Of a stretch of DNA of 64,000 nucleotides, positions 1 to 10,145 are shown piece after piece. Position 1 is the first letter of the stretch. Every line of letters begins with the position of its first letter. This DNA comes from Minisyncoccia bacterium (lineage in GTDB: Bacteria > Patescibacteriota > Minisyncoccia > Phycocordibacterales > GWA1-40-21). Position numbers and translations under genes: made by a program. The notes under the pieces were generated by a model that worked only from the letters and a program-made list of their open reading frames with translations, was not told the DNA's origin and searched no databases. The DNA lies in the NCBI GenBank assembly GCA_049287185.1, contig JBAQFI010000004.1, forward strand, positions 8,125-72,124, read 5' to 3'.

Positions 1-591
1 TCCAAAACACCAGCTTTTAAAATTCTCTGCAGGGCATGATAAAACCAGTTGGAGGTGACACCTTTGCTTTCCGGGTAGACTGGATAAAGCTGAAAGTCAT
101 CAGCTTCACCACCAAAGAGAGATTGGCCAACTCCCTCGGGAATCTTTTGAATAGTCTCCACTTTGGGATTACTTAAATATAATTCACCCCTAGTAGTAGA
201 GCCAAGCTCACTACGGGACTTCGCCTTACGTTCAGATACTTTTCCTTCTAGCCGAACAAAAGAACCTGGGTGAAGCATCTTGGCGAGATAGGCCTGATGA
301 AACCAAACTATTTTTATCTGCCCAGATTCGTCTTCGGCTACTGCTTGAGACATCGGGATTTTTTTAATATAAGCTTTGGCAGTTTTTATACTATTAAGAC
401 GGGCATAAACCACAGTATTTTCTCCGGCTTTTAAATCGGCAATATTTCTAATTTCTGCTGTATCACCATAGCGAACAGGAAAGTGATATAGCAAATCCCC
501 AGCTGTAAAAAGGCGCAGTTTGGCCAGGGCAGCTTTCTGACTCGGTGCTAGGCGGAATATTTCACTCAGTGGTGTTTGCCAATCTAACATA
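1..591 (-). CDS. recG: ATP-dependent DNA helicase RecG, N-terminal part (gene continues past window start)
   Basis: Reverse-complement translation from ATG at 591 reads MLDWQTPLSEIF...LRLFTAGDLLYHFPVRYGD...PVYPESKGVTSNW. This matches the RecG N-terminal wedge region (E. coli ...LLLHLPLRYEDRT..., PVYP). No stop before position 1. Confidence 0.7.
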
Positions 592-611
592 ATGCTATTT
601 TAGCCTACTTA

Positions 612-1148
612 TTGAGAAAAATACATTTTCTAAGCTTTGCTTCTTATATAGAAAAATATTATAATAATCTTATTATGGATATACAAAATATATTAGCTTT
701 TTTACCCCCACTTCTCACAGCGATGATTTTAGGTGCAATTATTGGTGTTGAAAGAAATATGGCTGGACGACCTGCCGGCATGCGAACCTTTGCCCTCGTA
801 TCTATGGGTTCGGCTCTTTTTGTTACTATTTCAAATTCGCTTGGCAATATTCCTGGTCTACAAACAGTGGATGCTTTACGTTTGACACCACAAATTTTAG
901 TTGGCATTGGTTTTATTGGAGCTGGTTTGGTTTTCTTTCAGGATAATAAAATCAGTGGATTAACTAGCGCCGCTGGCCTCTGGGTGGCCGCTGGTATTGG
1001 TATGGCCTGTGGTTTTGGGATGTATAGCCTAGCTGTCATTGTTTCAATTTTAACCCTAGCTATTTTTTCAGTCCTCTGGATTTTTGAAGATAAATATCTT
1101 TTGAAAAAAGTTCATTATCCTCCAAAGAATGATGAACTAAAGAAATAA
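612..1148 (+). CDS. MgtC/SapB family membrane protein
   Basis: Multi-TM protein with the MgtC-family core LTAMILGAIIGVERNMAGRPAGMRTFALVSMGSALF...GIGFIGAGLVF...AAGLWVAAGIGMACGFGMY. The true start may be the internal Met at 675. Confidence 0.7.
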   Translation: MRKIHFLSFASYIEKYYNNLIMDIQNILAFLPPLLTAMILGAIIGVERNMAGRPAGMRTFALVSMGSALFVTISNSLGNIPGLQTVDALRLTPQILVGIGFIGAGLVFFQDNKISGLTSAAGLWVAAGIGMACGFGMYSLAVIVSILTLAIFSVLWIFEDKYLLKKVHYPPKNDELKK

Positions 1149-1162
1149 TTTAATGTAAAAGA

Positions 1163-1189
1163 AAATCCGCTAAAATAGCGGATTTTTTA
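1163..1189 (+). terminator. rho-independent terminator
   Basis: aaaatccgc-taaaat-agcggatttttt hairpin plus T-run immediately after the MgtC stop. Confidence 0.7.
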
Positions 1190-1298
1190 ATTAGGAACGC
1201 ATTAGTATAATGGGAGACTAAATTTGTTTTAAAAATTAATAATTTTAATTTGATGAGATTATTCCTTTTTTGTTTTTTTACTGGTATAGTTAAATTAT

Positions 1299-3521
1299 AT
1301 GATGAAAAATCTAGTAACTAAGTATTTTTTTCTATGTGTGGTTATTCTTGTTGGGGCCTCATTCTTTTACATTTGGAATCTTAATTCAAGACTGGATTTA
1401 CAGAGGGTTAACTTACAAAATGATTTGAATTATAGAACCAACAATCTAGCCGATAATGTTCTTGAAAATATAAGTGATAAGTCATTCGCTATAAATAACA
1501 TAGGCCAAACTCTTGATAGAATTTCAACTTACGAGAAAATAGTTGACGTTTCTTTTTATGATAAAAACGGTTTACTTTTGATTTATAAAAATAATCAGAA
1601 GAACGAAATTAAGAATGCTGGAGCGCCTGATATCTCTGGGCTGATTACCAAAAAAGTGGAAACAAATATAGAGACTCTCCCTGAATTTACAAGATATCTT
1701 TATACGGTTAAAAACTTGGATGAAACCAAGGGGTATATTGTTATCAGTCAGGACCAAAGATACATCAATGAAAATCTTAGAAATTCATTTGTAAATGGAC
1801 TTGTGAATTTTTATATCATAATGTTTTTGCTATTTACTTTTATTTTTCTTTTTATTTATCTTTTAATTTTGAGGCCAACAAATAATGCCATAGAGATTCT
1901 TAGAAAGATAAGAAAAAGCGTTGATGATCATATAGATCTTCCTGCTAGTTTTCTGTCTTTTTCTAAAGAACTCAAAAAAGAGGTCCATCTAACTATCAAA
2001 AGTTTTTTAAGTGCTAGACAAACCGCTAGGGATGAAGCCAGTCTTAGACAAATCATTGTAGATTCCCCTTGGACGGAAGCCAGGTTAGAGCAGTTTTTCA
2101 TTCAAAGAATGAAAGATAGAGATGTTGTCGTTGTTTCAAATAGAGAACCGTATGTTCATTTTTCGGAAAATAAAAAAATAAAAGTTGGTATGCCAGCTCA
2201 CGGATTAATCACTGCCTTAGATTCCATAATGAAGGCCTGTAAAGGAACATGGATTGCTCATGGTAGTGGTGAAAAAGATGCTGATTTTGTTGATGAAAAT
2301 AACAAAATCCGAGTCCCTGTAGATAAGCCGGAATATTCTCTTAAACGCGTCTGGCTGACAGAAGAGGAGATCAAAGGATTTTACGTTGGTTTTTCTAATG
2401 AGACGATGTTTCCGCTTTGTGTCATGACTCACAATCGTCCAATCTTTAGAGATTCCGATTGGGAAATATACAAAAAAGTAAATGAGAAATTTGCTAATTC
2501 TGTTCTTGAGGAAATTAAGGATAAAGTCAGGCCAATAGTTTTTATTCAGGATTTACATTTTTCTCTTTTACCTGAATATATTAAAAAGCAAAGACCTGAT
2601 GCTGAAGTTATTACTTTCTGGCACCATCCTTGGCCAGCTGCGGAAATATTTAGTATTTGTCCTTGGAAGAGAGAAATTCTCAGAGGTTTATTGGCCTCAG
2701 ATTTGATGTGTTTTCATATTCCTCATTTTGGTAATAATTTCATCGAGACTGTAAAAAGAGAATTAGAAATAAGATTCAATAATGAAAATAATGAAATTTA
2801 TCTGCAGGGTAATAAAACATTGATAAGATCATTTCCAATATCAATACCTTTTATAAATCAAAATAAGAAAAATAGACCAGAAGTAGATATTTCAAAAATG
2901 CTGAAGCATAATTTTAATGACAAAAGAATCATCCTAGGTGTTGATCGATTGGATTATTCAAAGGGATTAATTGAAAGACTGAGGGGCGTAGAGAGTTTTT
3001 ACGACCTTTACCCGGAATATAGAAAGAAAACTATCTTTGTTCAAGTAGCGGCCCCAAGTAGAGAACAGGTTAAAAAATATCGGGAATATGCCAAGGAAAC
3101 AATTGACGAAGTTGAAAGAATAAACAATAAACTTCAAACATCAAGTTGGAAACCAATACTTTTCATTCATAAACAGCTGACTCATGCTGAACTGGTTCCT
3201 ATTTATTCAAAGGCGGATGTTTGTTTGATTACTTCCTTGCATGATGGAATGAACCTTGTGGCTAAGGAATATGTTGCTGAACAAGAGAAAGACGGAGTTT
3301 TAATTTTGAGTGAATTTACTGGTGCCGCCAGAGAAATGACATCTGCCTTGCTGGTCAATCCTTATAGCCCAAGAGAAATCGCAGATTCAATAAAGAAAGC
3401 TCTTGAAATGTCATCTGAAGAAAAACAAGCCAGATTAGAAATCATGAGAAATAAAATAAGTCAGTATAATGTCTACAGATGGGCAGCGGATGTTTTTAAT
3501 ACAGTATTAAATAAATTCTAG
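1299..3521 (+). CDS. otsA: alpha,alpha-trehalose-phosphate synthase (GT20) fused to an N-terminal two-TM sensor-like domain
   Basis: C-terminal ~490 aa has GT20/OtsA hallmarks: REPYVHF, GTWIAHGSG, VWLTEEEIKGFYVGFSNETMFPLCV, FIQDLHFSLLP, VDRLDYSKGL, ITSLHDGMNLVAKEYVA. The N-terminal ~250 aa has a TM helix (aa 9-26), a ~140-aa extracytoplasmic region, a second TM (aa ~168-190) and a HAMP-like linker. Confidence 0.8.
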   Translation: MMKNLVTKYFFLCVVILVGASFFYIWNLNSRLDLQRVNLQNDLNYRTNNLADNVLENISDKSFAINNIGQTLDRISTYEKIVDVSFYDKNGLLLIYKNNQKNEIKNAGAPDISGLITKKVETNIETLPEFTRYLYTVKNLDETKGYIVISQDQRYINENLRNSFVNGLVNFYIIMFLLFTFIFLFIYLLILRPTNNAIEILRKIRKSVDDHIDLPASFLSFSKELKKEVHLTIKSFLSARQTARDEASLRQIIVDSPWTEARLEQFFIQRMKDRDVVVVSNREPYVHFSENKKIKVGMPAHGLITALDSIMKACKGTWIAHGSGEKDADFVDENNKIRVPVDKPEYSLKRVWLTEEEIKGFYVGFSNETMFPLCVMTHNRPIFRDSDWEIYKKVNEKFANSVLEEIKDKVRPIVFIQDLHFSLLPEYIKKQRPDAEVITFWHHPWPAAEIFSICPWKREILRGLLASDLMCFHIPHFGNNFIETVKRELEIRFNNENNEIYLQGNKTLIRSFPISIPFINQNKKNRPEVDISKMLKHNFNDKRIILGVDRLDYSKGLIERLRGVESFYDLYPEYRKKTIFVQVAAPSREQVKKYREYAKETIDEVERINNKLQTSSWKPILFIHKQLTHAELVPIYSKADVCLITSLHDGMNLVAKEYVAEQEKDGVLILSEFTGAAREMTSALLVNPYSPREIADSIKKALEMSSEEKQARLEIMRNKISQYNVYRWAADVFNTVLNKF

Positions 3522-3524
3522 TTT

Positions 3525-4670
3525 ATGAAGATACTGACTAACATTCAGAATAAAGAGATGGGGGGAATAAATAGATTAATGTTTTCTGTTTTGAATTATT
3601 CTCAAAAAAATGAGAAAAATATAGATTTCGTGCTGGTAAGAGTTGATAGTCGATTAGAAAAAATGTCAGATACGGCGAGATTCTTAGGCGACGAAAGTAT
3701 TTTTATGGGGTATAAATGTTATGACAGAAGTTATTCCAAAGAGTATTTTTTAGATGCTCTTGAAAAGGCGGACTCCGTCGAATCATTAAAGGTTAGTTTA
3801 ACTGAATTAATCAATTTTTATAAAATTGTCCTTAAAAAAGAAAAACCAGATTTAGTTTATATAAACGGTACCTATTATAGACCGTGGTGTTTATTGCAAG
3901 CAGCTAAAGATTTAAAAATAAAATATTTAGTTCATTTTCATGGTTCCGCATATCTAGAAAGCTGTGGCTTGGACATTAAAAAAAGACAGATTATTGGTGA
4001 CATGGAAGCTGATTTTTATGAGGAAAATGCAAAATTTATTTTTCCTTCACGGCTAGCTCTAGAAAAATCTCTAATTTTTCAAAAACACCCTAATTTAAAT
4101 TACAGAATTATTTTTAATGCCTTAAATGAAATGCATTTTATTAATTCTAAAAAAATATCTTTGAATAGTCGTAAAATCGCTTTCATCCTCAGATGGGAGG
4201 AAATTAAAAACACCGACTTTGTACTTAGGTTTGCCAAATATAATTCAGTGCAAAATAATCCTTATCAATTGGTAGTTGTCACTGACAAAAACAAAGAATA
4301 TATATTAAAAACTGACATACCTTATATGGAATTCCTTAAACCTATGCCGTTTGAAGAGATTGTTAATTTTTATAAACAGGTTGATTTAGTTATTAACCCA
4401 TCTCATTTTGAAACTTTTGGATATGTACCGGCTGAAGCTATTGCTTGTGGTACACCAGCCTTGATCTCTGAACAACAAGGTGTAGCGGAAGTTTTTAGGA
4501 AAATAGGAATTGATAGACTGATTGTCGATTTTAGTAATGAATCCAAGGTCTTTGACGGAATTAATGAGATTGTTAAAATTGGTATCAGTGAGGAAGAAGT
4601 TTTAAATTTAAAGAAAACAATTATAGACATTAAACTAATCAGAAAAATTTTCGAATATATAAAGAAGTAA
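3525..4670 (+). CDS. glycosyltransferase family 4 (Glycos_transf_1)
   Basis: C-terminal GT4 motif NPSHFETFGYVPAEAIACGTPALISEQQGVAEV. Starts 4 nt after the otsA stop, so probably the same operon. Confidence 0.65.
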   Translation: MKILTNIQNKEMGGINRLMFSVLNYSQKNEKNIDFVLVRVDSRLEKMSDTARFLGDESIFMGYKCYDRSYSKEYFLDALEKADSVESLKVSLTELINFYKIVLKKEKPDLVYINGTYYRPWCLLQAAKDLKIKYLVHFHGSAYLESCGLDIKKRQIIGDMEADFYEENAKFIFPSRLALEKSLIFQKHPNLNYRIIFNALNEMHFINSKKISLNSRKIAFILRWEEIKNTDFVLRFAKYNSVQNNPYQLVVVTDKNKEYILKTDIPYMEFLKPMPFEEIVNFYKQVDLVINPSHFETFGYVPAEAIACGTPALISEQQGVAEVFRKIGIDRLIVDFSNESKVFDGINEIVKIGISEEEVLNLKKTIIDIKLIRKIFEYIKK

Positions 4671-4728
4671 ACTATTTTATCAGTATTTAATGTCACCAAA
4701 GCACCACATCAAGTAATAAAAAATAATC

Positions 4729-5664
4729 ATGACTATTTTATTTGACACACTAATTCTTCTGCTATTGTTTATTGTCTTGGGTTGGTCGGCAGACTTTACT
4801 GTAAAGAACATCAGGTATCTAGGTTCTGTTTTAAAAATTCGATTGTTTGCGTTTGGAATTTTACTTGGTCTTATTACCAGTCTACCAGAGCTTTCTTTAG
4901 GTATAACTGCAACAATAGAGCAAGTTACGATTTTGTCAGTTGGTAATCTACTTGGTGGAGTAATCCTCATGTTAGGCTTAATTTTGGGAACAAGCTTAAT
5001 TTTTAATAGAAAAATAGTTACTGATGGTCGGTTGGCATCTTTGATTCCAACAGTTTTGGTTATTTTTTCTCCAGTCCTATTTGGTATTGATGGAAAATAC
5101 GGTCTGCTTGATGGGTTGGTGATGATAGGTTTGTATATTGGCTTAATCTTTTATTTGTATCGTCTTAACCAATTTATTAATCATAGACACATTGAAATTG
5201 CCGACAGTAATCAAACTGGGAAATCAATTATCCTAGCTATAGCCGGGATTATAGGTATTATTATTTCTTCAAATTGGATAATGGAAATAACCCTGAACCT
5301 ACTTAATTATATTCAAGTTAGTCAATTAATAATTGGAGCGGTGATTTTTTCGATTGGCACAAATTTGCCAGAAATAAGCATTGCCATCACTTCATGGCAT
5401 AAAAAAACGTCCGAACTTTCCTTGGGGCATCTTCTTAGTTCATCCTTCACCAACGTTTTAGTTTTAGGAATTCTTTCTATTCTCAAACCGATTATCTTTG
5501 ATGTGAATTCAACATTTTGGATAATTTCTTTGTTCATGGGAGTTGTTCTGACTTTGTTTTCATATTTTTATTACAGTGGTAAAAAAATGGACCGAAGAGA
5601 AGGAGTAATTTTATTGGTCACATATATATTATTTATAGTAGTTAGTATTTATTTCGCCAGGTAA
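4729..5664 (+). CDS. Ca2+/Na+ antiporter (CaCA / YrbG family)
   Basis: Ten-TM protein with two alpha-repeat signatures (GNLLGG...; GTNLPEISIAITS) typical of cation/Ca2+ exchangers. Confidence 0.7.
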   Translation: MTILFDTLILLLLFIVLGWSADFTVKNIRYLGSVLKIRLFAFGILLGLITSLPELSLGITATIEQVTILSVGNLLGGVILMLGLILGTSLIFNRKIVTDGRLASLIPTVLVIFSPVLFGIDGKYGLLDGLVMIGLYIGLIFYLYRLNQFINHRHIEIADSNQTGKSIILAIAGIIGIIISSNWIMEITLNLLNYIQVSQLIIGAVIFSIGTNLPEISIAITSWHKKTSELSLGHLLSSSFTNVLVLGILSILKPIIFDVNSTFWIISLFMGVVLTLFSYFYYSGKKMDRREGVILLVTYILFIVVSIYFAR

Positions 5665-5782
5665 AAGAGACCCGAAATTGCATGAATAACAGAACACAAA
5701 ATAAATAAATAAATAATTTAAACGTCGACCAGTTGAAGCTGGCTTGCGTTTATGTTAATCTAAACGAGTCTTAATAAGTTTT

Positions 5783-5871
5783 GGAGAGTTGGCTGAGTGG
5801 TCGAAAGCGCCTCACTGCTAACGAGGTGTGGGTCTAAAAGCCTACCGTGGGTTCGAATCCCACACTCTCCG
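5783..5871 (+). tRNA. tRNA-Ser (anticodon GCU), long variable arm
   Basis: Acceptor GGAGAGT/ACTCTCC, anticodon loop cuGCUaa, long variable arm, T-arm GTGGG-TTCGAAT-CCCAC, discriminator G. CCA is not encoded. Confidence 0.8.
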
Positions 5872-5882
5872 CATTTAAAAAT

Positions 5883-5906
5883 CCACTGAAACAGTGTGAT
5901 TTTTTA
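5883..5906 (+). terminator. terminator hairpin after tRNA-Ser
   Basis: cactg-aaa-cagtg followed by gattttttat. Confidence 0.5.
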
Positions 5907-5907
5907 T

Positions 5908-6046
5908 GCGGAGAGTAGGAGTGCTGGGGAGCACTCCGTGTGGGATTCGAAGCCTGTTTGAGCATTTTCTTAAGTTTTCTTAAACGAGAAGAAAATCCAA
6001 ACAGGATACTGCTCCTGTAAGGAGAGAAACTCCCACACTCTCCGCC
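5908..6046 (+). ncRNA. tRNA-Ser-derived tRNA-like element (acceptor + T-arm minihelix with an inserted structured domain)
   Basis: gcggagagt...actctccgc pairs like the tRNA-Ser acceptor. An 8-bp hairpin ggagtgct-gggg-agcactcc follows. The stem gtgtggg...cccacac copies the tRNA-Ser T-arm, but its loop (attcgaa) is interrupted by ~80 nt containing nested hairpins (cctgtttg...caaacagg; ttttctt...aagaaaa; ctcc-tgtaa-ggag). Confidence 0.4.
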
Positions 6047-6269
6047 AAATAAAATTCACACGCATGGTGTATATTTTAATAATGAATTTCATTAACCACT
6101 TGAAATAAGTAATTTTTTCTTGTGTATATTGTAAATAAATATTTTTTTAAAAAAACTATGATAGAATGCTCGGGTAATTATTAAGGATTTTATTAACTTG
6201 CCCGAAGAAATTTCATTCTTACGAAATTTGACGGGTATAATCAACCCGCAAAAATTGATGTCTGACTGG

Positions 6270-6305
6270 ATCCCCGCCTGCGCGGGGACGACAATCAGAA
6301 TTGTC
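6270..6305. repeat. REP-like tandem hairpins (family A variant)
   Basis: tccccgc-ctgc-gcgggga followed by cgacaat-cag-a-attgtcg. Same two-hairpin module recurs at 56778-56813 and 56877-56911. Confidence 0.6.
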
Positions 6306-6328
6306 GACTTTACCGGGTAAACAAAACA

Positions 6329-9094
6329 ATGGCAAAAGAAACGAAGTATGTGTATGTTTTTGGAAACAAAAAAGCTGACGGTGATGGTAGTATGAAGCCA
6401 CTTCTGGGTGGAAAGGGTGCTAACTTGGCGGAAATGAGCCGAATTGGTTTACCAGTGCCTCCAGGCTTTACTATTACCACCGAAGTTTGTACTTACTATT
6501 ACAATAATAAGAAAACTTACCCAAAAACTTTAGCTCCAAATGTAAAAAACGGAATTTCCCATATTGAAAAAATCATGGGTGTAAAGTTTGGTGATAAATC
6601 TGCCTTACCACTTCTTGTTTCTGTTCGTTCCGGTGCCCGCGATTCTATGCCAGGTATGATGGATACAATTCTCAATCTTGGTTTGAATGATGAAACTGTA
6701 AAAGCTCTAGCTTTGGCTACCAAGAATGAAAGATTTGCTTGGGACTGTTACCGCCGTTTTATTCAAATGTATGGTGATGTTGTGATGGGAGTGCAAAAAC
6801 GTGAAGGTGAAGATCACGAACCGTTTGAAGTTTTGATTGAAGGTTTGAAACACGAAGTTTACAAGAAAGATATTGATGACTCCAAACTGACTGTTGAGGA
6901 TTTAAAGAAACTCATTACTCGTTTTAAAGCTTTGATTAAAGAGCGTTCTGGTAAAGCTTTTCCTCAAGACCCATGGGAACAACTTTGGGGGGCGACCGGT
7001 GCCGTCTTTGGTTCTTGGATGAACGATCGTGCCAATGTCTATCGCCGAAAATATAATATTCCAACTGAGTGGGGAACTGCGGTTAATGTTCAAGCCATGG
7101 TTTACGGAAATACTGGTGATAATTCTGGTTCCGGTGTGGCTTTTACTCGAAACCCTGCCAACGGTGCGAAAGAATTTTACGGTGAATTTTTGATTAATGC
7201 ACAAGGAGAAGATGTCGTGGCTGGAGTTCGTACTCCAGAGCCTGTCGTTCAGCTCGCCAATTACTTGCCAGCTGCTTTCAAAGAATTAAATAATATTCGA
7301 AATGTTTTAGAGAAACATTTTAAAGATGTTCAAGATATTGAATTTACTATTCAAGATGGAAAAGTTTTCATTTTGCAAACTCGTAATGGTAAAAGAACTG
7401 CGCTCGCTGCCCTCAAGTTCTCCATGGACATGGTGAAGGAAAAACTTATTGATTGGAAAACTGCAGTTCGTCGTAACCCAGCTGAACAACTTGACCAACT
7501 TTTGGCTCCAATTTTTGACCCTAAAGCTGAAAAAAGTGCCAAGGTAATTGCTAAAGGTTTACCAGCCGGCCCAGGTGCGGCTTCCGGAAAAATTTATTTT
7601 AACGCCGACAAAGCTGTTATCGCCGCTGCTAGAGGTGAAAAAGTTTTGCTTGTTCGGGCTGAAACTACTCCAGAAGATTTGCGTGGAATGATTGCCGCTG
7701 AAGGAATTTTAACTGCCAAAGGTGGAGTTAGTTCTCATGCTGCACTAGTCGCTCGTCAAATGGGTAAGGTTTGTGTTTGTGGAGTTTCTGCCTTGTGTAT
7801 TGATTACGCCAAGAAAACTTTGTCCGCTGGTGCTGACTGCCAAGTTTTCAAAGAAGGAGATTCAATTTCTATTAACGGAACTTTGGGTACTGTTTATGCT
7901 GGCCAAATCAAAACTGCTCCATCAGAAATTATTCAGGTTTTGGTTAACAAAACTCTTGATCCAAAGAAAAGCGAAGTTTATCAGATGTTCAGTACTCTCA
8001 TGACTTGGTGTGATAAAGCCGCTAAACTAAAAGTTCGCACTAATGCCGATACTCCTGAGCAAGTCGCTAATGCACTGTCCTTTGGTGCTACTGGAGTCGG
8101 ACTCGTTCGTACCGAACATATGTTCTTCGAAGGCAATCGTATTGACGCTATGCGCGAAATGATTTTAGCAGATAATCTCGAAGCTCGTAAGAAAGCGTTA
8201 GCTAAACTTTTGCCATATCAGAAATCAGATTTCGTTGGAATCTTCAAAACCTTGAAAGGTTACCCAGCTACTATTCGTTTCCTCGATCCACCACTACATG
8301 AATTCTTGCCTCACGAAGACAAAGCGCAAAAAGATTTGTCAGTAAAAATGAAAGTTTCTATTGATAAAATTAAACAACGCATGAAAGAACTCCATGAGTT
8401 CAATCCAATGCTCGGTTTCCGTGGCTGTCGCCTTGGAATTGTTTACCCAGAAATTTCTGAAATGCAGGCCCGTGCTGTTTTTGAAGCCGCAGTTGAAGTG
8501 CAAAAAGCTGGTATCAAAGTTAAACCAGAAGTGATGATTCCTTTGGTTGGTTTCAAAAAAGAATTGGATATTCAAATTGAAGTAGTTAATCGTGTCGCCA
8601 AAGAAGTTATGGCCGAAACCAAAACCAAAATTGATTACATGGTCGGAACTATGATTGAAATTCCTCGTGGAGCCCTGACCGCCGATGAGATTGCCGAAAC
8701 TGCTCAGTTCTTTAGTTTCGGAACTAATGACTTAACTCAGACTTGTCTTGGTATGAGCCGTGATGATGCCGGTTCATTCTTGCCAGCTTATCAGGAGAAC
8801 GAAATTATTAAACAAAATCCTTTTGCTTCTATCGATCAAACCGGAGTTGGTCAGCTTATCAAGATTGCGGTGGAGAAGGGTAATAAGACTCGCCCAGGCA
8901 TCAAGATGGGTATCTGTGGAGAGCACGGTGGTGATCCGGCTAGTATCGCTTTCTGTCACAAGGCTGGACTCACTTATGTTAGTTGTTCACCATTCCGAGT
9001 GCCAGTTGCTCGTTTAGCCGCTGCTCAAGTAGCGATTGAAGAAGAAATTAAAGCTGCCGCCGGAGGAACAAAGAAAGTTGCTAAGAAGAAATAA
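6329..9094 (+). CDS. ppdK: pyruvate, phosphate dikinase
   Basis: 921 aa. Start [12 protein letters not shown]...[28 protein letters not shown], central phosphohistidine domain ([19 protein letters not shown]), C-terminal PEP-utilising TIM barrel. Full-length PPDK architecture. Confidence 0.95.
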   Translation: MAKETKYVYVFGNKKADGDGSMKPLLGGKGANLAEMSRIGLPVPPGFTITTEVCTYYYNNKKTYPKTLAPNVKNGISHIEKIMGVKFGDKSALPLLVSVRSGARDSMPGMMDTILNLGLNDETVKALALATKNERFAWDCYRRFIQMYGDVVMGVQKREGEDHEPFEVLIEGLKHEVYKKDIDDSKLTVEDLKKLITRFKALIKERSGKAFPQDPWEQLWGATGAVFGSWMNDRANVYRRKYNIPTEWGTAVNVQAMVYGNTGDNSGSGVAFTRNPANGAKEFYGEFLINAQGEDVVAGVRTPEPVVQLANYLPAAFKELNNIRNVLEKHFKDVQDIEFTIQDGKVFILQTRNGKRTALAALKFSMDMVKEKLIDWKTAVRRNPAEQLDQLLAPIFDPKAEKSAKVIAKGLPAGPGAASGKIYFNADKAVIAAARGEKVLLVRAETTPEDLRGMIAAEGILTAKGGVSSHAALVARQMGKVCVCGVSALCIDYAKKTLSAGADCQVFKEGDSISINGTLGTVYAGQIKTAPSEIIQVLVNKTLDPKKSEVYQMFSTLMTWCDKAAKLKVRTNADTPEQVANALSFGATGVGLVRTEHMFFEGNRIDAMREMILADNLEARKKALAKLLPYQKSDFVGIFKTLKGYPATIRFLDPPLHEFLPHEDKAQKDLSVKMKVSIDKIKQRMKELHEFNPMLGFRGCRLGIVYPEISEMQARAVFEAAVEVQKAGIKVKPEVMIPLVGFKKELDIQIEVVNRVAKEVMAETKTKIDYMVGTMIEIPRGALTADEIAETAQFFSFGTNDLTQTCLGMSRDDAGSFLPAYQENEIIKQNPFASIDQTGVGQLIKIAVEKGNKTRPGIKMGICGEHGGDPASIAFCHKAGLTYVSCSPFRVPVARLAAAQVAIEEEIKAAAGGTKKVAKKK

Positions 9095-9106
9095 ACTTAA
9101 CAAATT

Positions 9107-9136
9107 AAAACCACTTTCCTCAGAAAGTGGTTTTTT
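9107..9136 (+). terminator. rho-independent terminator after ppdK
   Basis: aaaaccactttcct-cag-aaagtggtttttt. Confidence 0.75.
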
Positions 9137-9147
9137 GTTGTAAAATT

Positions 9148-9534
9148 TTACCGATATGGGTTTCCTCTCATCTCGTCAGTGACCTCAATGAGCTGTTGGG
9201 GAACGACACCACTGACAATCTCAGCTTCGTTTTCGGCGAAACAAAAATATTGTCCGGCCATTGGGAAATCATGCTCTTTCCACCATTTGGCGGCTTTGGG
9301 TTTCTCCTGACCCAAAATTTGTAGTGCCTGTTTTTGAGGAACACTGAAGCCATAGCGATTGACGCTGGCTTTTTTCTTACTCAGGACACCGCGTTCGCCG
9401 CCACTATCAGGGAAACCTAGATAGTGACAACAGGGAAGGAGAAGTCCTTTCCAAGCTTGGCGAATCTTAAGCGGTGCTTCACCAATAGGAACTTTTATAA
9501 TTCTAATCACTCCGGTTGCTCTGTCTCTTTTCAT
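9148..9534 (-). CDS. conserved hypothetical protein (128 aa)
   Basis: Longest ORF in this interval with good codon periodicity. No motif I can assign. The overlapping + and - ORFs in the track are shorter. Confidence 0.4.
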   Translation of the reverse strand: MKRDRATGVIRIIKVPIGEAPLKIRQAWKGLLLPCCHYLGFPDSGGERGVLSKKKASVNRYGFSVPQKQALQILGQEKPKAAKWWKEHDFPMAGQYFCFAENEAEIVSGVVPQQLIEVTDEMRGNPYR

Positions 9535-9716
9535 AAAATCACCCTTTCTTGTTGTAAGTTTCTGTCTGTCGAAGATATTAGCACAGATTTCAGTATTTAC
9601 CAGAAAATGGGTCCTTAAAAGTCAGCTGTTCCCATAAGGTAGTAGAATATGCTATTATATGAGCTATATTAATAATCACTCTAAACGCGTAAGCGCGAAG
9701 GGTAAACAAAAATAAT

Positions 9717-9974
9717 ATGCCAGCAAAAGCAACCTCAGCCTTTATGAAGCCTATGAATGTCAGCGCCGAATTAGCAGCTGTTGTAGGAAAGGGTCCTATG
9801 CCAAGATCAGAAGTCGTTAAGGCTCTCTGGGTTTATATCAAGAAAGCTAATTTACAAGATCCAAAGAACAAGAGAAACATCAATGCTGATGCTAATCTAA
9901 AGAAAGTTTTCGGTGGAAAGGATGTCGTAAATATGTTTGAAATGACCAAATTGGTTTCTAAACACCTTTCATAA
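9717..9974 (+). CDS. SWIB/MDM2 domain protein
   Basis: SAELAAVVGKGPMPRSEVVKALWVYIKKANLQDPKNKRNINADANLKKVFGGKDVVNMFEMTKLVSKHL matches the SWIB-domain consensus end to end. Confidence 0.8.
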   Translation: MPAKATSAFMKPMNVSAELAAVVGKGPMPRSEVVKALWVYIKKANLQDPKNKRNINADANLKKVFGGKDVVNMFEMTKLVSKHLS

Positions 9975-9994
9975 TTTTCGTTTTTAGAATAAGT

Positions 9995-10023
9995 AAAAAG
10001 ACCCTCATTTTGAGGGTTTTTTT
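9995..10023 (+). terminator. rho-independent terminator
   Basis: aaaagaccctca-tttt-gagggtttttttt. Confidence 0.75.
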
Positions 10024-10145
10024 TAATGCACCCGATGATTTGATTGGGCATAACATAGTGATATAATGAATAAAAGTTGAATAGTCTCATAAATTTAGTT
10101 AATAAACTGAATTTTTTATTAAGTTGATAATTTGTAAATAAAATT

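Noticed and set aside
6219-6401. 60-aa minus-strand ORF spanning the ppdK start and upstream REP hairpins
   Set aside because: It overlaps the ppdK initiation region and the palindromic repeat. Its composition is driven by the GC-rich hairpins, not coding signal.
6517-9017. Several 60-100 aa ORFs on the minus strand and in alternate frames inside ppdK (6517-6723, 6902-7204, 7307-7498, 7351-7542, 7773-8003, 8339-8575, 8760-9017)
   Set aside because: Entirely contained in a high-confidence 921-aa PPDK gene. No RBS context or motifs. Typical shadow ORFs.
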